This document shows positions 56,062-64,000 of a DNA stretch of 64,000 nucleotides, one piece after another. The DNA comes from Planctomycetota bacterium (lineage in GTDB: Bacteria > Planctomycetota > SZUA-567 > H5-PLA8), in the NCBI GenBank assembly GCA_023150555.1, contig JAKLKQ010000007.1, forward strand, positions 65,253 through 129,252, in the 5' to 3' direction. The position numbers and the translations under genes were made by a program. The notes beneath the pieces are model-generated. The model was not told the origin of the DNA and ran no database searches. It was given only the letters and a program-made list of their open reading frames with translations. Positions within the stretch are counted from its first letter, which is position 1; each line of letters starts with the position of its first letter.

Positions 56062-57372
56062 CTAAGGGCTGCCGGCGGCCTCGCGTTCGCGGCGCCGGCG
56101 CTCGCGTTCCTTGGTAAAGACCGTACGCCGGCCGCGGTCGCCTTCCGGCTCGCCGGTCGCAAGCCAGTTCGACCAGCTCTCGGCATGGCGGCCCTGGTCG
56201 ACGCCGAAGGCCGCGACCAGGGCATCCTTTGCGAGCATGCGGTCGCCCATGCTGAACTTCCGGTCGGTGAAGATCTTCATGATATGGGGAATCACTTCGT
56301 ACTCGGGGTAATTCGCGTACGCCTTTAGGTAAACGCGGAGGACCGCAGGATCCTGCTCCTGCTGAAAATTGAAGTTCAGGCGCTGCACGACGATCTCGTG
56401 GCGGCCCAGTCCGCGCACCGCGGCGGCCCGAAGGGCAGGCTCCGGGTCGCTGAGCAGCGGCGTGAGTTGGTCCTGGATGACCAGGGGCGGGAACTCGCCC
56501 ATGGTCTCGACGAAAGGCAGCTTGGCTTTGCCTTCGCGCGCGGCGAGGTCCTTGGCGAGGCGCTCGAGGATCTTCGCCTGCACGTCGGCATCGTCGGCCA
56601 GCTTGCCCAGCGCCACGCGGGACCACTTCTTCTCGATCGCATCGCCCTTCTCGATGCCCGCATATAGGAACTCGAGATCCGCGGCCGTCGGGCACTTGGC
56701 GAAGGCCTCCCAGCCCATACCGCGCAGGCGGATGTCCTTATCCTTGAGCAGCCTAAGTGCGTAGTTGCGGCAGTCGCGGTCACCGATGTCGCCGATGGCG
56801 CGGAAGACCTCGTAGCCCGCCTTCGCGCCTTCCTTATCGGCGATCTTGATCAGGGGCCGTGCCGCCGCCTGGAGTCTCCATTCGCCGCAGGCCTGCGCAA
56901 TCCAGGGCAGAACCTTGGGTTTGGCCTTGGCGAGTTCAGCCGGCATCTCACCGGCGATCTGCTCCTTCATCGCCAGCAGGGCGCGATAGGCCGCCTTCTT
57001 CTCCGGAAGGGAGTCGCTCTCGAAGATCTTGATGAGCTCGTCAAGGCGCCCCATGGCCTCATCCCTGGAGCCGACCGGCATGGAGAAGCGTTCGGTGACC
57101 TGCTCGGCGGCGCTGGCCAGGGACGGCGCCGCGTTCTGGCGGGGGCCGGGCGGCGGCTCGTTGCCCACAGCCGGCCGGCCCTCCCTGTCATCGGGCGGCG
57201 GCGCCACCGCCGGGGGCTTCTGGGCCACCGGCTCTTCCTTGAAGAAGTAATCGCCGACGACGTAGATGATCGCGACCAGGACCATGATGGCCAGCCCGGC
57301 CAGGTAGCGGAATTTTATGGCCGGCGCGGCCAGCTCGCGCGCCGCACGCGCCCTGCCCCCGACATACGCCAT
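56062..57372 (-). CDS. membrane-anchored HEAT/Armadillo-like repeat protein
   Basis: An N-terminal TM (LAGLAIMVLVAIIYVV) is followed by a Pro-rich linker and then repeated alpha-helical units with ...AAVRGLG... HEAT-like motifs. Confidence 0.5.
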   Translation of the reverse strand: MAYVGGRARAARELAAPAIKFRYLAGLAIMVLVAIIYVVGDYFFKEEPVAQKPPAVAPPPDDREGRPAVGNEPPPGPRQNAAPSLASAAEQVTERFSMPVGSRDEAMGRLDELIKIFESDSLPEKKAAYRALLAMKEQIAGEMPAELAKAKPKVLPWIAQACGEWRLQAAARPLIKIADKEGAKAGYEVFRAIGDIGDRDCRNYALRLLKDKDIRLRGMGWEAFAKCPTAADLEFLYAGIEKGDAIEKKWSRVALGKLADDADVQAKILERLAKDLAAREGKAKLPFVETMGEFPPLVIQDQLTPLLSDPEPALRAAAVRGLGRHEIVVQRLNFNFQQEQDPAVLRVYLKAYANYPEYEVIPHIMKIFTDRKFSMGDRMLAKDALVAAFGVDQGRHAESWSNWLATGEPEGDRGRRTVFTKERERRRREREAAGSP

Positions 57373-57400
57373 AAGGAACGCCCCTTTCCCCGAATGTGCG

Positions 57401-58060
57401 CTACTCGCCCTCTTCTTCGACCCCGAAGTCCTTCATCAGGTCCTTGTAGTTGCGGCCCTTCTTTACGGACTCAATCGTCTCGTCCTTGGCCTCGTCGATC
57501 TTCTTACCCTTGCGCGCCCCGCGCTCCATGGCTTCCTTCATCTTCTTGGTCTCTTCCTCGCCCATGCCTTTCTTCTTGCATTCCTCACCGACGCCTTCCT
57601 TGGCGTCTTCGAGGTCCTTCGACCACTTGGCCTTCTCCTCGTCGGACTTCTTGTCCCAGCCCGGAGGATATTCGTTCTCCCAGCCCTTCTTCTCGCCCTT
57701 GTCCCAACCTTCGGGGCGGTCCTTGGCGTCCTTACCCTTGCCGTGCCCTTCGCCTTCGTCACCTTCCTTCTTCTGCCCCTTGTCCTTTTCCTTGTCTTTG
57801 CCCTTGCCCTTGTTGGTCTTGTCCTTATTGCCCTTGCCTTTTTCCCCATCTCCGTCGCCGTCGTCCTCCTGCTCGCCTTCAGCCTCGTCGCCGCCGCCCT
57901 CGTCATCGCCGGCCTTGCCCTTATCACCACCTTTGCCTTTGTCGCCTCCCTTGGCACTGCCCTTGTCCTTGCCCTTGCCGCCGGCGTAGACGTTGCCGTT
58001 CACGAAGAAGGCCAGTCCCAGCACGAGCAGCAGAATGCCCATCAGGCGCGCAAGCGTCAT
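57401..58060 (-). CDS. secreted highly charged low-complexity protein (KGD/E-rich)
   Basis: A signal peptide MTLARLMGILLLVLGLAFFVNGNVYA is followed by GGKGKDKGSAKGGDKGKGGDKGKAGDDEGGGDEAEGEQEDDGDGDGEKGKGNKDK.... Only this frame looks protein-like. Confidence 0.45.
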   Translation of the reverse strand: MTLARLMGILLLVLGLAFFVNGNVYAGGKGKDKGSAKGGDKGKGGDKGKAGDDEGGGDEAEGEQEDDGDGDGEKGKGNKDKTNKGKGKDKEKDKGQKKEGDEGEGHGKGKDAKDRPEGWDKGEKKGWENEYPPGWDKKSDEEKAKWSKDLEDAKEGVGEECKKKGMGEEETKKMKEAMERGARKGKKIDEAKDETIESVKKGRNYKDLMKDFGVEEEGE

Positions 58061-58117
58061 CGCAAATCCCCTTTATCCAGAAAACGAAAAACGGCGGGCA
58101 GGTCCGCCCGGCCTCTC

Positions 58118-58153
58118 CCGAATTTCAAAACAAACCGGCCCCTTCCGGGGCCG
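58118..58153 (-). terminator. rho-independent terminator after 58180..59277 gene (minus strand)
   Basis: The hairpin ccggcccc-ttcc-ggggccgg (58134-58153) is followed on the minus strand by tttgttttgaaat. Confidence 0.6.
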
Positions 58154-58179
58154 GTTCTACCACAACTGTTTTCTCGTCG

Positions 58180-59277
58180 CTATTCCTCGAGCTTGCGCCA
58201 ACTGCGGATCTGCACCGAGGTCTTGACTTCGGCGATGGCGTTCATCAGCGCGTCGTAGCTGTACTTCAGGTCCGAGGTCCCGCGGGTGCGGTACAGTTCC
58301 TGGCCGTAGACGCTGCCGGGATCCGCGCTGCTGTTGGAATTGTTGCGCATGTAGACCAGGGCGCCGCCGGTGATGTGGTTCTCGTTGCCGCCGCCGCGGA
58401 CGTCCAGGATCGAGACGGCGGTGGTGGGGCGCTTGTTGACCACGACCAGGACCAGGCCGATCCAGCGGTATTGGCCGCTCATGATGAACTGGGCGTTGTC
58501 GGGGTTGTCGATCTCGACCACCAGCACGCCCCAGCCTTCGTTGTTGCCGGTAAGGTGAAGCGTGTGCTCGGAGAAGACCCCATTGACCACGGCGCCCTTG
58601 GCGTATACGACCTTCACGTCGCCTTCGCCGCCGATCTGGCCGGGCGGAGCGTTGTGGATCTGCCCGGTCTCCGCGTCGTAGTACTCGCCGGTGGCCAAGT
58701 TGATGGTGGCGTCGGCGCTGTTGCGCGCGGACTCTATAAAGGCCTCAAGCATGTCCTCCTTCACCACCAGGTTGTTCTGCACGTCTCCGGTGATGTTGCT
58801 GTCGTTGTGTTCGCCGTCAATGTTGATGCCCGAACCGCTGGTGTCGCCGGGTGTGCCGTCGACCCACTCGCCGGTGACTTCGGAGAGCCCTACCGCCGCC
58901 TTGTCCGGCTTGGAGGTATCAATGGTGCCGTCGACAGCGTGGTTGGTGCCATCCACTGTATTGGGCGAACCATTTATCTGCAGTTCGACGGCGTGAGCGC
59001 TGTCGAACGCCACCGTCTGAGTGGACTCGGACGTAGTGGTCGTGGTCGACTGGGTACCACCGCCGCTGGAGGTGCTGCTCGAGCCGTTGCCGCCGCCGTT
59101 GCCGCCGCCACCGCCCGTCGTGCTGCCACCGCCACTGCTGCCACCACCGCCACCACCGCCACCACCGTTGCCACTACCCTGCGCATAGGCGCTGGGGTGG
59201 CAAAGCAGGAGGCCGAGGAGAAGGGCCAAAGCCACGGCCGAGAATTTTCCGGTACTGCCCTTCACGATGCTCTTCAT
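58180..59277 (-). CDS. secreted protein with Gly-rich N-terminal region, encoded downstream of pilin-like genes
   Basis: There is a signal peptide (AVALALLLGLLLCHPSAYA), then GSGNGGGGGGGGGSSGGGSTTGGGGGNGGGNGSS, then a ~250-aa domain. Confidence 0.5.
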   Translation of the reverse strand: MKSIVKGSTGKFSAVALALLLGLLLCHPSAYAQGSGNGGGGGGGGGSSGGGSTTGGGGGNGGGNGSSSTSSGGGTQSTTTTTSESTQTVAFDSAHAVELQINGSPNTVDGTNHAVDGTIDTSKPDKAAVGLSEVTGEWVDGTPGDTSGSGINIDGEHNDSNITGDVQNNLVVKEDMLEAFIESARNSADATINLATGEYYDAETGQIHNAPPGQIGGEGDVKVVYAKGAVVNGVFSEHTLHLTGNNEGWGVLVVEIDNPDNAQFIMSGQYRWIGLVLVVVNKRPTTAVSILDVRGGGNENHITGGALVYMRNNSNSSADPGSVYGQELYRTRGTSDLKYSYDALMNAIAEVKTSVQIRSWRKLEE

Positions 59278-59349
59278 GGTCTTCTAGCCTCCGAGGTACC
59301 GTTACCTAAATCCGCTCCGTGTCCCCTTTCCGTAGCACCACATGGCCTG

Positions 59350-60171
59350 CTACGGCTTGAACTGTCCAATCTGCAATTCCAATGCCGCATCCAGCTGCAA
59401 ACTGTTTTGGAAGATCAAGCGCTGGCCAACGGCCTCCACCGTGGTGAACTTGCCTTCGGGCGTGGCGGGGTTGCTGAACCCCGTCGAGTAGATGGTGAAC
59501 CAGCCGCGCTCGCCTGGATCAAAGGGAGCGGTCTCGTCGGTCGGGTCGAGCGGGTTGACGTCGGTGAGGCCGTTGCCGTCATTGTCGATGCCGTCGGTCT
59601 CCCAGCTGACCGCAATGGTGTAGTAGCGCACGTCGCCAAAGGTGACCGCGTGCTTGTAGAAGTTGAACTCCTGCGGCTGCGGGCGCGGAAAATTCCTCAT
59701 GACATAGCCCAGGGGCGCGGTCTCGTCGTTTACCTTGGTCTTGTCGGCCTTGGCCAGGCCGCGGGGCGGAACGAAGGTCGGATCGTATTCGTCGTAGGAG
59801 TGGCCGTCCTGGTAGACCGTGGCCAGGGAGTACTTGACGTTGTTGTTCCTGAGAGGCTTGTAACGGCCGTCGTTGGGACCGGTTTCCTGCTCCTGGGCGG
59901 TGATGTCGCCATCGCCGTTCACGTCGGTCCAGCCCAGCCCCAGACAGCCATTGCCGAAGGTGTTGAGGCTGCGCAGGGCCGCGTCGAGCCCCGCCTCGGC
60001 GGCCTCGAAGCTCTTGATGTCTTCCGAATGCACTTCCGTACGGAACGAGCGCGTGCGGATCTCGTTCATCAGCACCGCACCGAGGCCGGCAAGGATCATG
60101 ACGATGGCCATGGCCACGATCAGCGCCGTGCCGCGCGCGTTCTTGACTGGGATCAGGCGAACCATGTTCAT
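59350..60171 (-). CDS. PilX N-terminal domain-like pilus assembly protein
   Basis: ARGTALIVAMAIVMILAGLGAVLMNEIRTRSF resembles the PilX_N hydrophobic segment. Confidence 0.5.
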   Translation of the reverse strand: MNMVRLIPVKNARGTALIVAMAIVMILAGLGAVLMNEIRTRSFRTEVHSEDIKSFEAAEAGLDAALRSLNTFGNGCLGLGWTDVNGDGDITAQEQETGPNDGRYKPLRNNNVKYSLATVYQDGHSYDEYDPTFVPPRGLAKADKTKVNDETAPLGYVMRNFPRPQPQEFNFYKHAVTFGDVRYYTIAVSWETDGIDNDGNGLTDVNPLDPTDETAPFDPGERGWFTIYSTGFSNPATPEGKFTTVEAVGQRLIFQNSLQLDAALELQIGQFKP

Positions 60172-60209
60172 GTACGAACCTCCGTATGCCCCGTTAAGCG
60201 CCTAATGCG

Positions 60210-61034
60210 CTACTGGTTCCGCAGGAAGATCTGGCCCTTGTTGACCACCATGGCCGCGATGCGGTCGGTGGAGATCGTCATTAGGTGAAAGGTCACGGTC
60301 AGGATCGCGCCGTTCGCGCTGAAGATGCGGCCGCTGATGTCCGAGGCGTCCAGCGGGTCGCCCAGAATGGACTGGCCCCAGTTTGCGTTGCCGGTGCGCT
60401 GGACGATGTTGGGGTCGCCGATGGTGTTGAAGAAGCGCGGCTGGTCGGTGCCGGTGTTGTCCGTCGCGTAGTAGTACTCCCAGCGCAGGCGGCCGATGTC
60501 GAAGGTGTCGGCCTTGATGTCGTTGCCGTTGAGGTCGATGTCTTCGTTTGCTTCGTCGAGTTCACGGATCTTCTCGTACCGGAAGAGCATCACGCCGGCG
60601 ACGATCGGGTTGCCCAGTCCGTCGGTGTCGACGATGCGGTCGTCCAGGCCGTACTCGAGGTTGCGCTGGTCGATGGCGCCTTCCAGGCCCTGGATCTCGC
60701 CGTCGGGAGCCTTGGTCAGCGGGTTGCCCGTATCGTCCACGTCGCGCGGTACCTGGTAGGTGATGTTCGCGTACGGGCCCTTTACAAATGGGGTCGTAGT
60801 CGCAACCGTATTCAGACTCAACTGCGTGCCGGGCTCGATGGCGTCGATGACCTGCTTCAGCGTGCGCTCGCCCTTGGTCTGCAGGGTGGAGAGCGTGATC
60901 TTTTCGCCAGCGGCCCGGGACGAGAATCGGCTGATCTCCAGAGCCATGCCGATCATCAGGGCAAAGACGGCCAGCGAAACGCAGACCTCGATCAACGTGA
61001 AGCCCGAAACGCGGCGGCGTCGCATCGTCGTCAT
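60210..61034 (-). CDS. prepilin-type N-terminal cleavage/methylation domain protein (type IV pilin-like/pseudopilin)
   Basis: RRRVSGFTLIEVCVSLAVFALMIGMALE carries the G-F-T-L-I-E prepilin peptidase motif. Confidence 0.7.
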   Translation of the reverse strand: MTTMRRRRVSGFTLIEVCVSLAVFALMIGMALEISRFSSRAAGEKITLSTLQTKGERTLKQVIDAIEPGTQLSLNTVATTTPFVKGPYANITYQVPRDVDDTGNPLTKAPDGEIQGLEGAIDQRNLEYGLDDRIVDTDGLGNPIVAGVMLFRYEKIRELDEANEDIDLNGNDIKADTFDIGRLRWEYYYATDNTGTDQPRFFNTIGDPNIVQRTGNANWGQSILGDPLDASDISGRIFSANGAILTVTFHLMTISTDRIAAMVVNKGQIFLRNQ

Positions 61035-61750
61035 CAGAATTGCCCTTCCCGGTCGGTGATGAAGGTGAGGATCTGCACGCGGCGCGGCAGGCCCGCCCGG
61101 CTGTCCCAGCGCACGACCACCGCCAGCGGGATCAGCCGCATCAGGCCGATCTCCCCCAGCGCCGGATCGAACGAATCGGTGAAGCTGGTCTTGTCTCTGC
61201 CCAAGTCAATCGGGAAGGTCAGCGTATTGTTCATGTCCTTGGTCGGCGTGATGCAGTTGTTGGCGGTCAGGTTGCTGGAGAAGCTGCCGTCCAGGTTCAG
61301 GTCGACGGGGAAGTCCAGGTCGCCGTCGGCATCCGTGTCGCCGTAGTTGCCCTCGTTCGGCGCTTCGTCGTGGATGATCACCACGCCCATCTCGTTGCCG
61401 TTGTTGCCCATCAGCGCGTCGGGCGAGAGCCCCGCGTTGGCGATCGGCGCCTCGCAGGTGCCCAGGCGCTGGTTGGGCACGTTGTCGCCGGCGATGTTCA
61501 CCGCGAACGTGTCGAGGTAATAGTCGGCCACGATCTCGTTGTCGGTCGGATCCGCCGTGCGTGAGGCCACCGAGAAAGGCTTGGCGCGGATCTCGTTGAT
61601 CAGTTCCGACGCCGCGAACAGCGCCGTGGCTTCCTCGCGCGCGATGATGTTCATGCGCTCGGACGTCAGGAACAGGTTGAAGACCCCGACCACCGCCAGC
61701 GCCAGGATCACGACCGCGATCGAGACCTCGAGCAAGGTGAGGCCGCGCAT
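61034..61750 (-). CDS. prepilin-type N-terminal cleavage/methylation domain protein (pseudopilin)
   Basis: The start MRGLTLLEVSIAVVILALAVVGVFNLF is at 61750. The stop overlaps the downstream start (ATGA). The N-terminal 62 aa of track ORF 61034..61936 (Cys-rich) are probably not translated. Confidence 0.6.
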   Translation of the reverse strand: MRGLTLLEVSIAVVILALAVVGVFNLFLTSERMNIIAREEATALFAASELINEIRAKPFSVASRTADPTDNEIVADYYLDTFAVNIAGDNVPNQRLGTCEAPIANAGLSPDALMGNNGNEMGVVIIHDEAPNEGNYGDTDADGDLDFPVDLNLDGSFSSNLTANNCITPTKDMNNTLTFPIDLGRDKTSFTDSFDPALGEIGLMRLIPLAVVVRWDSRAGLPRRVQILTFITDREGQF

Positions 61751-62290
61751 CCGTCTTCGGGGACATCGGAAGAAGTTCACTGGGCTGCTCCTCAATGCCG
61801 TTACCCTGGATCGCACTCCGCTACGACGCAAGGTGCATGAAGAGCAAATGATGGGCGCAGTCCAATCGATTCTCGATTTTGTGCATGTTTCACATGTGCA
61901 AGCGCATTGCGTATGCTCCTTCACGGTGCTATCCACCGTGCACCGAACGGGTTACGCAAGATGCGGGGAACGCGGGATGCACTCGTGAAACCGTCGGGAT
62001 GCCGGCCGCTACGCGAAACGGTGACGGCTTGCAAGCTGCCGCGAGTGGGATGTTCCCGATTGGTAGCCTTTTAGCGCCAAACGCTGTGTCCTTCTCGTAA
62101 CGCACCCCGGTTAACTCACGCGCCACGAACACGTTGCATAGCGCATGCCAAGGCGCCCGCCTGTCCTAAGTCCAAAAAGAGCGCGGATGCACGGGTGCAA
62201 CGCGCAGCTAAGCATTCCGCGGCGCCGTGTCTGCCAATCGTCGATGGTTTGGATGCGCGGAGCGCGTCCGCGCGCGGTGCGGATTAACTG

Positions 62291-64000
62291 CTAGCCGGGC
62301 TTGCCGGGTTTGTCCGGTTTGTCTGGCTTGTCCGGTTTTTCCGGCTTGTCCGGCTTGTCCGGTTTGTCCGGCTTGTCCGGCTTGTCGGGCTTGTCGGGCT
62401 TGTCCGGTTTGTCCGGCTTGTCGGGTTTGTCTGGTTTGTCAGGCTTGTCCGGCGCATCGGGTTTGCCGGGCGCATCGGGCTTGCCAGGGGCCTCCAGGGT
62501 TCCCGGACCGTCAAAGTCGCCCTCGGGGCCCTTAGGCCCATTGGGGCCGTGCGCAGCGCCGGTGTTGCCGTTCCCATTGCTATTGCCGTTGCCGTTGCCA
62601 TTGCCATTGCCGTTGCCGCCCGCATTGCTGGTGCTCTTGCCGGGGGCCTCGTCGGAGCCGTGCAGGCCGTTGCCCACGTGGTCAGCCGAATCGTCCTTGC
62701 CTTCGTTGCCATTGCTGCCCTGCGGTTCGGCGTTGCCTTCGCCTTCACCGGACGCGGGAGCCAATTCCTGCAGCAGTGCGGCGCTGGACTTCTGCGCCTG
62801 CTCGAGCGCCTGCTGGAACGCGCCGTCCTGGCTGCCGGCCAGCGCGGCCAGGCGGGCCTTGTCGTGGTTCAGCACGCCGGCCAGTTCCGCCCGTTCCGCC
62901 GCGCCGGTACCGATGCGTTGGGCCAGCGCATGGATGCCGTCCACGGAGAGTTCGACGAGCATCTGCTGCAGCCGCGTGCGCTCTTCGGGCGGCAGCTCGG
63001 GTTTCAACTCGCGCACGAAGCGTTCGGCCAGGCGGTCCAGAGCCGCCGCGCGGTCCGCGGGGCCGGCCAGGGTGAGCACTTCTTCCGCCGCAGCCGAGAG
63101 CGCCTGCACCACCGACGCGCCCCGGCCGGTCACGCTGACGGGCGCCGCGCCTCGCGCGCGCCCTTCGAGCACGTCCAGGGCATGGGCGGTCAGGGCTTCG
63201 GCGGCCAGCACCGCAGCGCTGTGGCCGCGCAGCGCGCGCAGTTGCCTGCCGCGTTCGCGGAAGAGACCGGCGTCGGCCGCGCCGTCGTTCAGTCTAGGCA
63301 GCAGCGCGTGCTCCAGGAACGAACCGTAGGCCAGGGCCGCGGCGTCGCGCAACTGCGAGCCTTCGGGTTCGACGGCCACGCTGCCCAGCAAGTCGTCGGC
63401 GAAGCGCTCGGCCAGCGCGTGCTGCCGTTCGGCCACCTCGTTCTTCGCGAGGGCCAGGGCGCCGGCCTGCAGGGCCTGCCAGGCCGCCGTGCGGCTATCG
63501 AAGCGCGCGGGGACCGGCGCGGCCGGCGCAGGCTGCGGCTGCGGAGTCGGCGCGGCCACCATTGGCGCTTCCACGACGGGTGCGGGTGAAACAGGCGCGG
63601 GTGCTTCAGATACGGGCGCGGGCTCGGCAAGCGGCGCCGGTTCGGGCTGCGAAGCTTCGACCGCGGCCGGGGCCGGCGCTTCGGCAGGCTGCATCGATGC
63701 GGCCGCCTGGGACTCGTCGTTGCGCTGCAGGGCCTTCATCGCGGCCACGGTGCCCAGCACGGAGACCGCGACCAGGGCTGCGGTGGCGACGAACCAGCGG
63801 CGGAAGCCGTAGTTCGCGCGGCGCGAACTGCGCGCCGGCATGCGCACGGTGGCCGGATGGGCGAGCAGGTCCTTGACGTGCTGGCGGGTGCGCTCGCGGG
63901 CGGCTTCCGAATCGGGGATGGCGACGGCGGCGATGGCGCGTTCGAGACCCACGGCCATGCGGTATTCGCGGCTGCAATGCGGGCAGGCCTTCAGGAGGCC
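62291..64000 (-). CDS. anti-sigma-factor-like membrane protein (partial, N-terminus off window) with Pro/Ala-rich linker and C-terminal (KPD)n repeat tail
   Basis: The frame stays open to the window end. The upstream in-frame residues ...GLLKACPHCSREY suggest a zf-HC2 anti-sigma motif. There is a TM (WFVATAALVAVSVLGTVAAM), a PAPA-rich region and a helical domain. The tail is ...APGKPDAPGKPDAPDKPDKPDKPDKPDKPDKPDKPDKPDKPDKPDKPEKPDKPDKPDKPGKPG. Confidence 0.4.
   Translation of the reverse strand, partial: GLLKACPHCSREYRMAVGLERAIAAVAIPDSEAARERTRQHVKDLLAHPATVRMPARSSRRANYGFRRWFVATAALVAVSVLGTVAAMKALQRNDESQAAASMQPAEAPAPAAVEASQPEPAPLAEPAPVSEAPAPVSPAPVVEAPMVAAPTPQPQPAPAAPVPARFDSRTAAWQALQAGALALAKNEVAERQHALAERFADDLLGSVAVEPEGSQLRDAAALAYGSFLEHALLPRLNDGAADAGLFRERGRQLRALRGHSAAVLAAEALTAHALDVLEGRARGAAPVSVTGRGASVVQALSAAAEEVLTLAGPADRAAALDRLAERFVRELKPELPPEERTRLQQMLVELSVDGIHALAQRIGTGAAERAELAGVLNHDKARLAALAGSQDGAFQQALEQAQKSSAALLQELAPASGEGEGNAEPQGSNGNEGKDDSADHVGNGLHGSDEAPGKSTSNAGGNGNGNGNGNGNSNGNGNTGAAHGPNGPKGPEGDFDGPGTLEAPGKPDAPGKPDAPDKPDKPDKPDKPDKPDKPDKPDKPDKPDKPDKPDKPEKPDKPDKPDKPGKPG
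62296..62490. repeat. 9-bp tandem repeat (ttgtccggc)n ~17 copies plus 18-bp x2, encoding (KPD)n
   Basis: The period-9 tract is near-perfect. The 62227..62535 + ORF is its antisense artefact. Confidence 0.85.

Noticed and set aside
57317-60288. 313-aa and 964-aa + ORFs
   Set aside because: They are antisense to the secreted-protein and pilin-like genes. Leu/Ala/Val-rich mirror images of the K/D/E- and G-rich coding strands.
62227-62535. 102-aa + ORF full of CPAC/CPVC repeats
   Set aside because: It is the antisense reading of the 9-bp (KPD)n tandem array. The minus-strand frame continues into a long, protein-like ORF.

Overview
This is a high-GC (roughly 65-70%) bacterial chromosomal segment. 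About 55 protein-coding genes are dense on both strands, with one tRNA-Lys(CTT). Many long ORFs in the six-frame track (for example 1771..4041 +, 36640..38109 +, 39016..41097 +, 50716..54354 +, 57394..60288 +) are antisense artefacts of the GC-rich coding strand and are not called. The gene content suggests an environmental Gram-negative, possibly PVC-group or Planctomycetota-like, but the taxon cannot be fixed from sequence alone. Supporting content: prepilin-type pseudopilins, many low-complexity charged tails, a Bat/MoxR aerotolerance-type operon, a gld-like ABC-2 transporter, and a TPR protein carrying two RpoA alpha-CTD domains. Main blocks, in order: ruvB, a nucleotidyltransferase, a DUF120 riboflavin-kinase-like gene and ruvA on the minus strand; the TPR/2x alpha-CTD protein; tRNA-Lys; a gldA/gldF/gldG-like ABC-2 operon with a DUF4340-like gene; a Cys-poor DksA-like protein with a histone-H1-like tail; a PQQ beta-propeller; a DMT transporter; a fumarylacetoacetate hydrolase-family (FAH) gene; an amidase_2 peptidoglycan amidase. 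A repeat-punctuated, partly lower-GC accessory stretch (about 14.6-21.8 kb) follows, holding a hypothetical gene, a uroporphyrinogen decarboxylase (UroD)-family gene, a rhodanese, an AraC regulator, a phytanoyl-CoA dioxygenase (PhyH) homolog and a radical SAM/SPASM enzyme. After that come copA and a PlsC-YiiX fusion, then an 11-kb moxR-DUF58-PPIase-DUF4381-batA-batB-batD-batE operon on the minus strand. Next are a 4xPAS-REC regulator, tetR, a cupin and DoxX, then a polyamine cluster (speH, DUF4178, a small ORF, DUF350, a membrane SpeE-like synthase, an FAD amine oxidase). The window ends with a hybrid histidine kinase carrying a CXXCH sensor next to a Ser/Thr-kinase-REC fusion, a HEAT-repeat protein, secreted low-complexity proteins, a pilin/PilX-like operon and a partial anti-sigma-like protein with (KPD)n tandem repeats.
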